From Minisyncoccota bacterium (GTDB taxonomy: Bacteria; Patescibacteriota; Microgenomatia; UBA1400; UBA12028): DNA of 64,000 bases. The position numbers and the translations under genes are program-made. Positions 26,418-36,534 of the stretch are shown piece by piece. Numbering within the stretch: position 1 is the first letter of the stretch; every line of letters starts with the position of its first letter. The stretch spans positions 263,472 to 327,471 of the forward strand of contig JACRHV010000004.1 of the NCBI GenBank assembly GCA_016211945.1. Direction: 5' to 3'. Below the pieces are notes generated by a model. It did not search any database. It had not been told where the DNA came from and worked only from the letters and a program-made list of their open reading frames with translations.

Positions 26418-27137
26418 ATGAGAGGAATTATTCTCGCAGGAGGAGCAGGAACACGATTGTCACCGCTCACGAAGGTGACGAGTAAGCAACTTCTCCCTAT
26501 TTACAATAAACCGATGATTTACTTCCCATTGGAGACGTTGCTCCAGGCGGGTATTCGCGAAATTTTAGTTATTGTTGCACCGGATCATGCTGGAGATTTT
26601 GTGAAACTCCTTGGGAGTGGGAAAGAGTTTGGATGCAAAATCAGCTATGAGGTCCAAGACAAGCCCAACGGACTTGCGGAAGCGTTCATCATCGCAGAAA
26701 ACTTTTTAGACAAGGAAAATGTTGCGCTTATACTCGGTGATAATTTGTTCGAGGATGATTTCATTGAGCCAGTTCGACGATTTAAATCAGGTGCGCTGGT
26801 TTTTGCTTCACGCGTGCCCGACCCAGAGCGTTTTGGCGTCGTTGAGTTTGATCAAAATAAAAAAGTCATTTCCATTATTGAAAAACCAAAAGAGCCGAAA
26901 TCGGACTATGCCGTTACTGGACTCTATGTCTACGACAACGCCGTTGTCCAAAAGGCAAAATCATTGCAACCATCGTCACGTGGTGAACTAGAGATCACTG
27001 ACCTAAATACTCTTTATTTGAGCGAAGGAACGTTAGAGGTTGCATTTGTTCAAGGAAAATGGCTTGATACAGGAACATTTGAGGCGCTGTACCAAGCAAC
27101 AGAGTTTGTTCGAACAAAAGAACTTCAAGAAAAGTAA
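26418..27137 (+). CDS. rfbA: Glucose-1-phosphate thymidylyltransferase
   Basis: GIILAGGAGTRL, SKQLLPIYNKPMI, LGDN, EKP, RGELEITD, WLDTGT. Confidence 0.9.
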   Translation: MRGIILAGGAGTRLSPLTKVTSKQLLPIYNKPMIYFPLETLLQAGIREILVIVAPDHAGDFVKLLGSGKEFGCKISYEVQDKPNGLAEAFIIAENFLDKENVALILGDNLFEDDFIEPVRRFKSGALVFASRVPDPERFGVVEFDQNKKVISIIEKPKEPKSDYAVTGLYVYDNAVVQKAKSLQPSSRGELEITDLNTLYLSEGTLEVAFVQGKWLDTGTFEALYQATEFVRTKELQEK

Positions 27138-27142
27138 GAGAC

Positions 27143-27949
27143 ATGAAAAAACGCTACATTATCTTTCTCATCATTCTCTTTTATAGTGCTGGATTTCTTC
27201 GTATAACACAGGCACAAACCGAACCGCCGATAGCACCGCCTCAACTCGAAATATCAAAACAGCAGTACATTCAGTCTTTGGATGTCTACAGAGAGAAAGA
27301 ACAAAAATTCCTCATTTCAAGAGAGCAGTATAATCAACTACAAACACTTGCTTCCTTAGAAGAGGTTGTTCGTACATCAAAAGATGTTCAACTTGCACGC
27401 ATGGATACACTCACAGCGTACTTTAATACATTGTTGCTATCAATCCAAAATCTCAAAGGTGCGGAAATAACGAAAAAGGCTAATCAAGGACAGTTACTTC
27501 AAACAGCTCTCGTTGAGATTGAACGACAGCGCAATACGATCCTCACAAGTAATGACAGGGTTACATTAGACAAAACTTCTGCGAATTACGACGATAAACA
27601 AGGCGCGTTTTCATCCATTGCGTATTCTTCACTCGCTTTAATAAAGATTTCAAATATTCAGTCTGCAACTGATCAGCTTGGTGTACTTACAGGAGAGGTG
27701 TACACCTCGATCCAAGAATCATCTCCTTCAGCAACAATTTTTGCGGAAAAACAACGCGGGTATGATGAGTTAGCGAGAACTATTGAAACAATAAAGATGT
27801 CGACAAAAAAAGCAACACAACAGTACGATAATATTTCTGGTAGAGATCTTTTTACACAGGGAGCATACGCCCAAATCGTGGAAACATTGGGGACTGGGTA
27901 TGCAAAATTAAAGCAAGGAGAGAGTTTCATTCAGGAGTTAGCTCAATGA
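27143..27949 (+). CDS. Secreted helical hypothetical protein
   Basis: Signal peptide, long amphipathic helices. Confidence 0.7.
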   Translation: MKKRYIIFLIILFYSAGFLRITQAQTEPPIAPPQLEISKQQYIQSLDVYREKEQKFLISREQYNQLQTLASLEEVVRTSKDVQLARMDTLTAYFNTLLLSIQNLKGAEITKKANQGQLLQTALVEIERQRNTILTSNDRVTLDKTSANYDDKQGAFSSIAYSSLALIKISNIQSATDQLGVLTGEVYTSIQESSPSATIFAEKQRGYDELARTIETIKMSTKKATQQYDNISGRDLFTQGAYAQIVETLGTGYAKLKQGESFIQELAQ

Positions 27950-28323
27950 ACGACAGCGAAAACCAAACACAATTTATCGAAGAACAACCGATGTTGCAGC
28001 AGGAAAAATCTGTTACTGCTATTCCTACTCCGCCAATTGACTCCCTTATTCCAGAAAAAAAACAGTTTCCGATAAAAAAAGTTTTTGTATTCGGCGGTGG
28101 AGTATGTTTGCTTCTTTTTATTCTGGTTCTCATGGTAATGGGCAAAGGGAAAAATAGTCTGAAGATTACCGAGCCATCTCCCTCACCAAAAACTACCCAA
28201 CAACTCAGTGACTTTCAAAAGTCTTTACAGCTTTTCCATACCGATGTGGAACGCGCAGACCCAACAGTGAATGATCTTCCCTATCCACCAGTGAATACCA
28301 ATCTCTATATTATTCAGCGCTAA
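27946..28323 (+). CDS. Single-TM hypothetical protein
   Basis: TM, PSPSP linker, LPYPPV tail. Confidence 0.7.
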   Translation: MNDSENQTQFIEEQPMLQQEKSVTAIPTPPIDSLIPEKKQFPIKKVFVFGGGVCLLLFILVLMVMGKGKNSLKITEPSPSPKTTQQLSDFQKSLQLFHTDVERADPTVNDLPYPPVNTNLYIIQR

Positions 28324-29363
28324 GACTCAATTTCACCCGGAAGCAAGGGTTCTTTTTCTCGCTCAATACCGATTAATGTTGTTGTTTCTAACTTGTTTCC
28401 GAGTTGTTGTACCGCACCAGTAACATTTGCCATGCTACTATACGCGTGTGTAATGTGCTTGTTCAATGTCCCCAGTTGTTCATTCACCCTTTTGTAGTCT
28501 TGCTGTATTGCGCGAAGCATGCGAAAAACTTCTCTGCTTTTTGTCGCAATTTTCTTACCCTCATGCGAGAGTAAAATAGTTTGCAAATGCATGTATAGTG
28601 TTGTTGGAGATACGATATATACTCTCCTCGTTTTTGCGTAGTCCACCAAAGAAACATCGTTCACGATTTCATAAAATACTGATTCCGAAGGAACATACAT
28701 TAAAGCAAAGTCCATTGTTCCTTCTTCAGGTAAAATATATTTTGTTGAGATTGCATCAATGTGCTTTTTCACATCTCGCACAAAATCTTTTCTCGCAATG
28801 TCCCGATCTTTTTCCTGTTCCAATTTCATCATGCGCTGGAAATTCTCCATCGGGAACTTAGAATCTATAGGCAGAAGACCTGCATCAGTTTGAAGCGCAG
28901 CATCAACGGTATTTCCTGATCTAAACTTGTATTGAATGTGCAAACTTTGTTTTGGGAACATTTGACCAATGAGATCTTTTAAAACCTGTTCACCAATATT
29001 TCCACGTAATTTTGGTGAGCGCAGGAACTCTTGGAGATCTTTCATAGACCGTCCCACTTCGCTAAATGCACCAGCCTCACGCTTCAATTCACCAATAACT
29101 TCCGCCGCTTTTGTCAGTCGCTCATGAATTTCCTTTGTGTGTTGCTGCAATGTTGTGCTAATTCTTTGATCTGATCTGATTGCAGTATCACTGAGGGTTT
29201 GACGGAGTTCCTTTAAATCATGTTGCGTTGATTTCACCCACACCATTAACGAGGTATCTTCTTTCTTGGCCTGCATGGCATCCATCATTGATTTGAGGGA
29301 GAGGAAAAGAACACCTCCCAAGACAAGGAGTAAGACCAATAAGACGACGATCAGAGTCAACAT
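28320..29363 (-). CDS. rmuC: DNA recombination protein RmuC
   Basis: N-terminal TM, PKLRGNIGE, PIDSKFP, KYILP..TMDFALMYVPSE, SPTTL. Confidence 0.92.
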   Translation of the reverse strand: MLTLIVVLLVLLLVLGGVLFLSLKSMMDAMQAKKEDTSLMVWVKSTQHDLKELRQTLSDTAIRSDQRISTTLQQHTKEIHERLTKAAEVIGELKREAGAFSEVGRSMKDLQEFLRSPKLRGNIGEQVLKDLIGQMFPKQSLHIQYKFRSGNTVDAALQTDAGLLPIDSKFPMENFQRMMKLEQEKDRDIARKDFVRDVKKHIDAISTKYILPEEGTMDFALMYVPSESVFYEIVNDVSLVDYAKTRRVYIVSPTTLYMHLQTILLSHEGKKIATKSREVFRMLRAIQQDYKRVNEQLGTLNKHITHAYSSMANVTGAVQQLGNKLETTTLIGIEREKEPLLPGEIES

Positions 29364-29422
29364 AGAATAATAGTACCAAATATTGGACGAACATGGGGAA
29401 GAAATTCGCCTCCTTCTTTCCC

Positions 29423-29451
29423 TTGACGAAAAACATCCTGCCTGGTAATGT
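29423..29451 (+). promoter_or_regulatory. Sigma70 promoter
   Basis: TTGACG-N17-TAATGT. Confidence 0.6.
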
Positions 29452-29471
29452 ACGCGTGTCACCCAATCATT

Positions 29472-29840
29472 ATGGCTAAACGATCATCACAATCAGTTGC
29501 ACCGGAGTTAGAGCGTGAGTTATATGCGGCCTTTTTTCAAATGCTCGCTGATATGCGAAACGCGAAAGAGGTTGAGACCTTCTTGAAATATTTTCTTAGC
29601 GAATCTGAATTATCTATTTATACAAAACGATTTGCCGTCGCGGTTATGCTTGAACAGGGGAAGAGTTACGAATACATTCGGGATTCGTTGAAAGTATCGT
29701 CCGCAACAATCTCATCTATAGCGGAACACCTCCGCTCTGACGGTATTTCACTCGCACTTCATAAATTGAAAGTGGAACGATGGGCCGATGTAATGAGTGA
29801 TAAACTTATGCAAATGTTCGGTGGAAATCCAAAAAGATAA
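29472..29840 (+). CDS. TrpR-like (YerC/YecD) repressor-family protein
   Basis: FLSESE..KRFAVAVML..SYEYI..LKVSSATIS. Confidence 0.85.
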   Translation: MAKRSSQSVAPELERELYAAFFQMLADMRNAKEVETFLKYFLSESELSIYTKRFAVAVMLEQGKSYEYIRDSLKVSSATISSIAEHLRSDGISLALHKLKVERWADVMSDKLMQMFGGNPKR

Positions 29841-29891
29841 AGGGTGATCGCTACCCTTTTTTTCTCAAGCAAATCAGATTACAATACACAT

Positions 29892-31313
29892 ATGAAATAC
29901 TTTATTACCGCAGCCATTCCGTATGTCAATGCCAAACCGCATATTGGCCACGCTTTGGAGTTTGTTCAAGGAGATGTTATTGCTCGATATCATCGAATAC
30001 TTGGACATGACACGCTCTATTTGTGCGGAGCAGATGAGAATGCATTGAAAATTGTTCAAGCCGCTGAGAAGGCTGGCATGGAGGTTCTTCCTTTTTGTGA
30101 TGCCAACGCAAACCTCTTCCAATCACTCATGAAAAAACTTGATGTTCAACTCGATATATTCGAACGTGCAAGTTCAGAATCGCATCACATTTCAAGTAAA
30201 AAACTTTGGGAGTTATGCGAAAAAAATGGCGACATTTACAAAAAAGCATACCAGGGGTTGTACTGTGTGGGTTGTGAAGCGTTTTACACACAAGAAGAAT
30301 TAAACGAAAATGGTGAATGTTTCGAACATCCTGGAAAGAAACTTGATGTTGTAACCGAGGAAAACTATTTTTTCCGTCTATCACGGTATAAAAACCAGAT
30401 TCTTAAGCTTATTGAGTCAGATGGGGTTCACGTTGTGTCTGAAATACGGAAAAATGAGATGATTGGTTTCCTCAACGGCGATGTTCAAGACATTAGTATT
30501 TCACGGTCAAGAGAGCGCGCAAGAAACTGGGGAGTGGAGGTTCCAAAAGATCCGTCTCAAATGATGTACGTCTGGTTTGATGCGCTCAACGTGTATCAAA
30601 GTGGAGTTGGATTCGGTACAGATGAGAAGCAATACAATACATGGTGGCCGGCAGATGCCCACCTGATTGGAAAAGGAATACTCCGATTTCACGCGGTGTA
30701 CTGGATTGCAATGCTGCTTTCTGCGGGGCTATCGCTTCCGAAAGAAATTTTTGTTCACGGATATATCACAATTGGCGGGCAAAAGATGAGTAAAACACTC
30801 GGAAATGTCATTGATCCTCTCGATCTTATTCAAACATTTGATATTGATCCATTGCGATATTATTTCTTGCGCGAGATGTCCAGTATAGACGACGCGGATT
30901 TTACCATTGAACGAATGAGTGAGGTTTATCAAGCTCATTTAGCAAACGAGCTAGGAAACCTCGTTTCACGCTTGGCGAAACTTTGCGAATCACTTCCACT
31001 TCAAATATTTGAAGTGCCCACGAGTTTTACAAAACAGGTAGCGCAGTACATCGTACAGTTTGCATTGAAAAATGGTATTGATCATATTTGGGATCGCATC
31101 GTATTAATAAACAAAACACTTACCGACACCAAACCGTGGGAAAAAGATGAAAAAGAGAAAATAACACTTCTTGCCCCACTTGTTCAGGAGCTCATTCAAG
31201 TTGGATATGATCTTCAACCATTTCTGCCAAACACCGCTGAAAAAATCATGCGACGATTCGCCGGATCACGTATCACTGCATCCGAACCGTTGTTTCCGAA
31301 ACGAACATCGTAA
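29892..31313 (+). CDS. metG: Methionine--tRNA ligase
   Basis: PYVNAKPHIGH, YCVGCE, YVWFDAL, GKGILRFH, KMSKT. Confidence 0.95.
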   Translation: MKYFITAAIPYVNAKPHIGHALEFVQGDVIARYHRILGHDTLYLCGADENALKIVQAAEKAGMEVLPFCDANANLFQSLMKKLDVQLDIFERASSESHHISSKKLWELCEKNGDIYKKAYQGLYCVGCEAFYTQEELNENGECFEHPGKKLDVVTEENYFFRLSRYKNQILKLIESDGVHVVSEIRKNEMIGFLNGDVQDISISRSRERARNWGVEVPKDPSQMMYVWFDALNVYQSGVGFGTDEKQYNTWWPADAHLIGKGILRFHAVYWIAMLLSAGLSLPKEIFVHGYITIGGQKMSKTLGNVIDPLDLIQTFDIDPLRYYFLREMSSIDDADFTIERMSEVYQAHLANELGNLVSRLAKLCESLPLQIFEVPTSFTKQVAQYIVQFALKNGIDHIWDRIVLINKTLTDTKPWEKDEKEKITLLAPLVQELIQVGYDLQPFLPNTAEKIMRRFAGSRITASEPLFPKRTS

Positions 31314-31320
31314 TACATTT

Positions 31321-32109
31321 ATGATTATTGACACACATGTTCACTATAACCTTGAACCTCTTTTTCCTGACTGGAAAATACATTGGGAAGAAGCGCAAAA
31401 ACATGACATCAAAAAATCGGTGATTATTGGCACAGACGAAGAAACAAATGCACGTGCAATCGCGATCGCAGAGAGTCAAGAACACCTTTATGCCGCTCTC
31501 GGAATCCACCCCACTGAGCAATTTTCGGAATCAGAGTGTCTGTCTTCTTTCTCAAAATTAGAAAGGCAAATACGTCAATCAAAAAAAATTGTCGCGATTG
31601 GGGAGTGTGGACTCGATTTCTTTCGATTACCGGTGGACAAGAAACAAAAAGAGGAAGAGAAAAAGAGACAGTGTGAGCTTTTTCAAAAACACATAGAGCT
31701 CGCGCATCAACACAAGCTTCCCCTCGTCATTCATTGCAGAGATGCACACCAGGAGCTTATTGAAACACTTTCATCATTTGAAGTGCAGAAATTCGTTTTG
31801 CATTGCATGTCAGGAACTCTCGAATATCTTCAGCAGGCAATTGCACTAGGCGGGTATATCAGTTTTGCAGGAAATATTACATATAAAAATGGCGACCATC
31901 TTCGCGAACTTGTAAAGATAACGCCAAAAAATCGTTTACTTGTTGAAACCGATGCTCCGTATCTCCCTCCGTCGCAATGGAGAGGTCAAATAAATATTCC
32001 CAAATACATTACGGAAACCGTCAATACGCTTACTGCCATACTTGGCATCTCTGTTGATGAATGCAGAACAATCACAACACAAAATGCGGAGCACTTCTTT
32101 CACATATGA
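31321..32109 (+). CDS. tatD: TatD-family hydrolase
   Basis: IDTHVH, GIHP, IGECGLD, IHCRDA, LHC, ETDAPYL. Confidence 0.92.
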   Translation: MIIDTHVHYNLEPLFPDWKIHWEEAQKHDIKKSVIIGTDEETNARAIAIAESQEHLYAALGIHPTEQFSESECLSSFSKLERQIRQSKKIVAIGECGLDFFRLPVDKKQKEEEKKRQCELFQKHIELAHQHKLPLVIHCRDAHQELIETLSSFEVQKFVLHCMSGTLEYLQQAIALGGYISFAGNITYKNGDHLRELVKITPKNRLLVETDAPYLPPSQWRGQINIPKYITETVNTLTAILGISVDECRTITTQNAEHFFHI

Positions 32110-33596
32110 TAAAACGATGGGTTCGTCGACATCCGGTAAAAACACAACGATTCCTCGAGATACTTCCGGGGGCTAGTTCGTGGTTTCTCATTCTCTTCCC
32201 AGTATGGGGGTCTCTCATCATTCCAGAAATAGTGGCCTATTACATCATTGCGTTTGATGTGTACTGGCTTTATCGTTCGATTACTTTGGCCATTTTGTCT
32301 ATTGTTGCACACCTCAAGATTCAAGCCTCATCGCGATATGATTGGATGAAAGACGTAAAAAAAATATCGGATTGGGAAAAGGTTCACCACATCGTGATCA
32401 TTCCCACATATCGAGAGCCACTCTCAACATTAGAAAGAACGCTCGATACTTTGTCAAAACAAAGTTTTCCACTTTCAAGAATATCTATTATGCTTTCGTT
32501 TGAAGAACGCGAGGGAGATGAAGCAAAAGATAAAGCAAAAAAATTGCTCAACGCCTATGGAAAAACGTTTAAAAATCTCTGGACAACATTCCACCCAGAC
32601 ATAGAGGGAGAGGTAAAAGGAAAATCATCAAATACTGCATGGGGCGCAAAAATTGCGAAACAAAAACTTGTTGACGAACAACACGTTGATATGCAGTACA
32701 TCACAATCACAAGTGAGGACGCTGACGCGCTTTTTCACCCCGAATATTTTGGCGCACTGACCTATCATTTTTTACGCGCCGGACAGAAAAGATATCACAC
32801 TATTTGGCAACCAGCCATCATGTTTTATAACAACATATGGAAAGTGAGAGCCCCTGTGCGCGTTCTTGCTTCCGTCTTTTCTGTCAATCAAATGTTCATC
32901 CTCATGCGTCGAGATAGGCTTGTGAATTTTTCAACCTATTCAATTTCACTTCACCTTGTACATACCATTGGATATTGGGACACCAACGTCATTCCAGAAG
33001 ATTACCGCATGTTCTTCAAGGCATATTTCGCGATGAAAGGAAATCTCGAGGTCGCCCCACTCTTTATCCCTGTGTATGCAGACGCGGCAGAGTCCAATGG
33101 GTTCTGGTCGAGCATGCATAATCAGTACGAGCAAATTAAGCGGTGGGCTTGGGGAGTAAGTGACGATGCGTACATTATTAAACAGTGGATTCTCGCGGAA
33201 AACGTCCCGTTTTGGGATAAGACAATCCGTGTGATCAAGACGATCGAGGATCATTTCCTTTGGCCGGTGAACTGGTTTGCCATTACGTTAGGGGCAATGT
33301 TCCCACCATTATTGAACAAGGAATTTAACAGAACAATCCTTGGAAAAACATTGCCACAGGTTTCTTCTACCATTCTCACAATCTCACTTATCTCCCTTTT
33401 TATCATGTTTATCATTGATGCGCGATCGCGCCCACCTCGACCAAAAACATCACTACTCTCAAGAATACTCCAACCGCTTGAGTTTACGATGTTGCCGTTT
33501 ATAGGATTTTTCTTTTCCGCACTTCCTGGAATCGACGCACACACCAGACTCATGCTTGGGAAATATATTGAGTACAGGGTGACGGAAAAAGTGTAA
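32106..33596 (+). CDS. Membrane glycosyltransferase family 2
   Basis: IPTYRE, GKSSN, DAD, PED, QIKRW; multiple TMs. Confidence 0.88.
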   Translation: MIKRWVRRHPVKTQRFLEILPGASSWFLILFPVWGSLIIPEIVAYYIIAFDVYWLYRSITLAILSIVAHLKIQASSRYDWMKDVKKISDWEKVHHIVIIPTYREPLSTLERTLDTLSKQSFPLSRISIMLSFEEREGDEAKDKAKKLLNAYGKTFKNLWTTFHPDIEGEVKGKSSNTAWGAKIAKQKLVDEQHVDMQYITITSEDADALFHPEYFGALTYHFLRAGQKRYHTIWQPAIMFYNNIWKVRAPVRVLASVFSVNQMFILMRRDRLVNFSTYSISLHLVHTIGYWDTNVIPEDYRMFFKAYFAMKGNLEVAPLFIPVYADAAESNGFWSSMHNQYEQIKRWAWGVSDDAYIIKQWILAENVPFWDKTIRVIKTIEDHFLWPVNWFAITLGAMFPPLLNKEFNRTILGKTLPQVSSTILTISLISLFIMFIIDARSRPPRPKTSLLSRILQPLEFTMLPFIGFFFSALPGIDAHTRLMLGKYIEYRVTEKV

Positions 33597-33605
33597 TATA
33601 CACGT

Positions 33606-35123
33606 ATGAGAAACATCGTTCATTTCATCCAAAAACACGAGGGAATCGTGTTCATCTTGATTGCAATGTTTCTCCTCCGAGTCCCCAATCTTTATGAACC
33701 ATACTGGTATGGTGATGAGGGTATCTATCTCACGCTCGGGACCGCACTTCGACACGGACTTATTCTCTATCGAGATATCATCGATCATAAGACACCGCTT
33801 ATTTATGTATTTGCGATGTTACCCTCGCAATTTTGGTTTAAGTTTTTCTTTATGGTATGGATGGCGGGAGCCACAACGCTTTTTTACGTTCTCGCCCAAC
33901 GCATATTCAAATCGAGGTGGAGGGCAATCGTAACATCCACCGTTTTTATGTTGCTTACAACATTGCCTGCGTTTGAGGGAAACATTGCGAATGGAGAGTT
34001 GTTCGTTGTGGGGTTTGTTCTCGCAGGTATGGTTATGTTCTCCAACTCATCACTTTTTATGGCATTTCTCCAAAAGAAAACGACCTATCATCATGAATAC
34101 GTTCTTATGATTTTCTCCGGCATATGTTTTTCGCTTGGCACACTTACAAAAGTACCTGCAGTATTTGACATTGCTGGGGTTGTGGCTATCTTCGGCTTTC
34201 TCATGTGTTACACATTTTCCTGGAAAAACATGAGAACATTGCTTCTTTCTGGTATCGCCCTTTGCATTGGTTTTGCCATCCCTATCTTGATAAGTGTTGC
34301 ATACTTTGCATTCCACCAAGCACTATCCGATTATGCGCAGTTCGGACTACTATATAACTTCCGCTACAGTACCTCGTTTCGCGTTCCTGTGTCGCAGGAC
34401 TGGCTCGCTTTTCTCTATACTATGCCTGGAAAGGCGCTCGTTGTTGCTTTTCTAGGTGGAACTACACTTCTTCTCAAGAAATACCTTCGTCCGGTTTTTC
34501 AATTCTCTTTTGCATGGTACGTCTTTACTCTTTTTTCATCGCTGCTTTCTTCTCGACCATATCCACACTATTTTCTTCAACTCTTCGCTCCATTCTCACT
34601 TCTTCTTGGATGCATATTGTACAAAGGCAGAGTAATAGAAAAAATTTTGTTTGGTATTGGTGTTTTTCTTTGCATATTCACCATGATTGTTCTCAACGCC
34701 GGACTATATCCAACACTTTCGTATTATCAAACATTTGGACAGTATGTAACCGGTTCTCTATCAAAAGATACATACCGGAATCAATTCAATCCATTGATGG
34801 CGGATACTTATCTTGTGGCACAGTACATTCAAACAACCACAACTTCCGATGATCGCATGTTTATTTGGGGAACAAACCCCATGCTGTATGCATTAGCCAA
34901 ACGAGTCCCGTCTGGAAGGTTCACCGTTTCATTTCACATTAAAGATTTTCAGGCGAATCCGGAAACTTTTGAGGCTATCCAAAAAACAAAGCCTCCCATT
35001 ATTGTTGTGATGAATGATGAAGACGGATCTTTTCCAGAATTTTATGCATATCTCCAACAGTATTACATTCCGGTACAGTCACACCTCACAATGAAGGTGT
35101 TTAGAAGAGTGATGCTTCCATGA
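33606..35123 (+). CDS. GT-C fold membrane glycosyltransferase (ArnT/GT39-like)
   Basis: WYGDEGIY, DHKTPLIY, many TMs, YPHYF. Confidence 0.8.
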   Translation: MRNIVHFIQKHEGIVFILIAMFLLRVPNLYEPYWYGDEGIYLTLGTALRHGLILYRDIIDHKTPLIYVFAMLPSQFWFKFFFMVWMAGATTLFYVLAQRIFKSRWRAIVTSTVFMLLTTLPAFEGNIANGELFVVGFVLAGMVMFSNSSLFMAFLQKKTTYHHEYVLMIFSGICFSLGTLTKVPAVFDIAGVVAIFGFLMCYTFSWKNMRTLLLSGIALCIGFAIPILISVAYFAFHQALSDYAQFGLLYNFRYSTSFRVPVSQDWLAFLYTMPGKALVVAFLGGTTLLLKKYLRPVFQFSFAWYVFTLFSSLLSSRPYPHYFLQLFAPFSLLLGCILYKGRVIEKILFGIGVFLCIFTMIVLNAGLYPTLSYYQTFGQYVTGSLSKDTYRNQFNPLMADTYLVAQYIQTTTTSDDRMFIWGTNPMLYALAKRVPSGRFTVSFHIKDFQANPETFEAIQKTKPPIIVVMNDEDGSFPEFYAYLQQYYIPVQSHLTMKVFRRVMLP

Positions 35124-35446
35124 AATTAATACAAACTATTCATACAGTATCCTTCCTTCTCTGCATAACGTCACTTCTTGTTGCGGGATTGGGATTTTTT
35201 TTCTTTCTTCAGCCGGAAATTCCGCTGTGGTACTCACTGTATAGAGCAGAAGATCAAATGACTTCTAAAGCATTCATTTTCACTATACCTGCACTTATGT
35301 TTGGGATATACGGAACATCAAATATCTTCCGTACACTACTAAAAGATGATCATGAATCAGTCCGGCATCTCATCGCCTTTGGATCGTTCTGTTGTATTCT
35401 CATGTTCTTTATTACACTTATTCGCATCATGGTGATCGCGGGATAA
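35120..35446 (+). CDS. Small membrane protein
   Basis: 3 TM, LQPEIPLWYS motif. Confidence 0.7.
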   Translation: MKLIQTIHTVSFLLCITSLLVAGLGFFFFLQPEIPLWYSLYRAEDQMTSKAFIFTIPALMFGIYGTSNIFRTLLKDDHESVRHLIAFGSFCCILMFFITLIRIMVIAG

Positions 35447-35448
35447 AT

Positions 35449-36534
35449 ATGAATAACGTCATTGTCCCTTTTATTACAAGTTTTGTTATAGCAGTTTGTA
35501 GTGCGCCACTTGTCATCAAGGCATACAAACACATGGGCTGGATCGATGATCCAAAAAAAAATGCACATCCTAAGGTTGTACATAAAAAAGCTATACCACG
35601 TGGTGGTGGTGCGGTTATTTTTATCGCTGTTCTATTTGCCAGTCTTTTTTTCCTTCGTTTTGATAAGCACGTGATTGGTATCTTGCTCTCCGCCTTCTGC
35701 ATTACGCTTCTTGGGGTTTTTGATGATGTGAAGGACCTTAGTCCATATCTGCGACTCCCTCTCCTTTTTCTTGCTGCCGCGGTTGTTGTTGGCTCAGGGG
35801 TGGGTATTGCCTATCTCAGCAATCCTTTTGGTAGTGGAGTGCTATGGCTGAATCAGCCACAACTTGTCTTTGATTTTCTCGGAAGAACGAGGCATCTCTG
35901 GATTCTCGCAGATATTTTTGGTCTCCTGTGGATTGTGTGGAACATGACTATTGTGAACTGGTCAAAAGGGTTGGATGGACAAATGCCTGGATTTGTGGGG
36001 ATCGCATCGTTTGTCATTGCGCTCCTCTCACTTCGATTTAGTGCCGATCCGGCGCAGTGGAACGTGACGCTACTCGCGCTTATTGTTTCCGGCGCTTTCT
36101 TTGGATTTTTGGTGTGGAATATCTATCCACAACGCATGATGGCAGGATACGGAGCCGGATCTTTGGCTGGATTTTTTCTTGCAGTGCTTTCTATTCTCTC
36201 TGGTGCAAAGGTTGCAACGGCACTGCTTGTCCTCGCAATTCCAACAATAGATGCATGTTATGTTATTCTCCGCCGCCTGTTTAAAGGAAAATCGCCGCTC
36301 TGGGGAGACCGAGGGCATCTTCATCACAGACTTATGGATATTGGGTGGGGGAAAAGAAGAATTGCATATTTCTACTGGATCACCACTGCCGTTCTCGGCT
36401 TCATCTCGCTCCAATTGAACAGTCAACAGAAGTTCTATACAATACTAGGTATCGCATTGCTCTTTGGAGGATTTCTCGTATGGATCACACTCTTTTTCTC
36501 ATCCTCAAAACAGCTCGTCCGAGACAATGGATAA
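35449..36534 (+). CDS. WecA/TagO-type polyprenyl-phosphate GlcNAc-1-phosphate transferase (MraY family)
   Basis: PRGGG, GVFDD, NWSKGLDG, WNIYP, DRGHLHHRL. Confidence 0.88.
   Translation: MNNVIVPFITSFVIAVCSAPLVIKAYKHMGWIDDPKKNAHPKVVHKKAIPRGGGAVIFIAVLFASLFFLRFDKHVIGILLSAFCITLLGVFDDVKDLSPYLRLPLLFLAAAVVVGSGVGIAYLSNPFGSGVLWLNQPQLVFDFLGRTRHLWILADIFGLLWIVWNMTIVNWSKGLDGQMPGFVGIASFVIALLSLRFSADPAQWNVTLLALIVSGAFFGFLVWNIYPQRMMAGYGAGSLAGFFLAVLSILSGAKVATALLVLAIPTIDACYVILRRLFKGKSPLWGDRGHLHHRLMDIGWGKRRIAYFYWITTAVLGFISLQLNSQQKFYTILGIALLFGGFLVWITLFFSSSKQLVRDNG

Noticed and set aside
29449-29461. TGTACGCGTGTCA as an autoregulatory operator of the TrpR-like gene
   Set aside because: Only a 6-bp palindromic core and no second copy seen; insufficient support.
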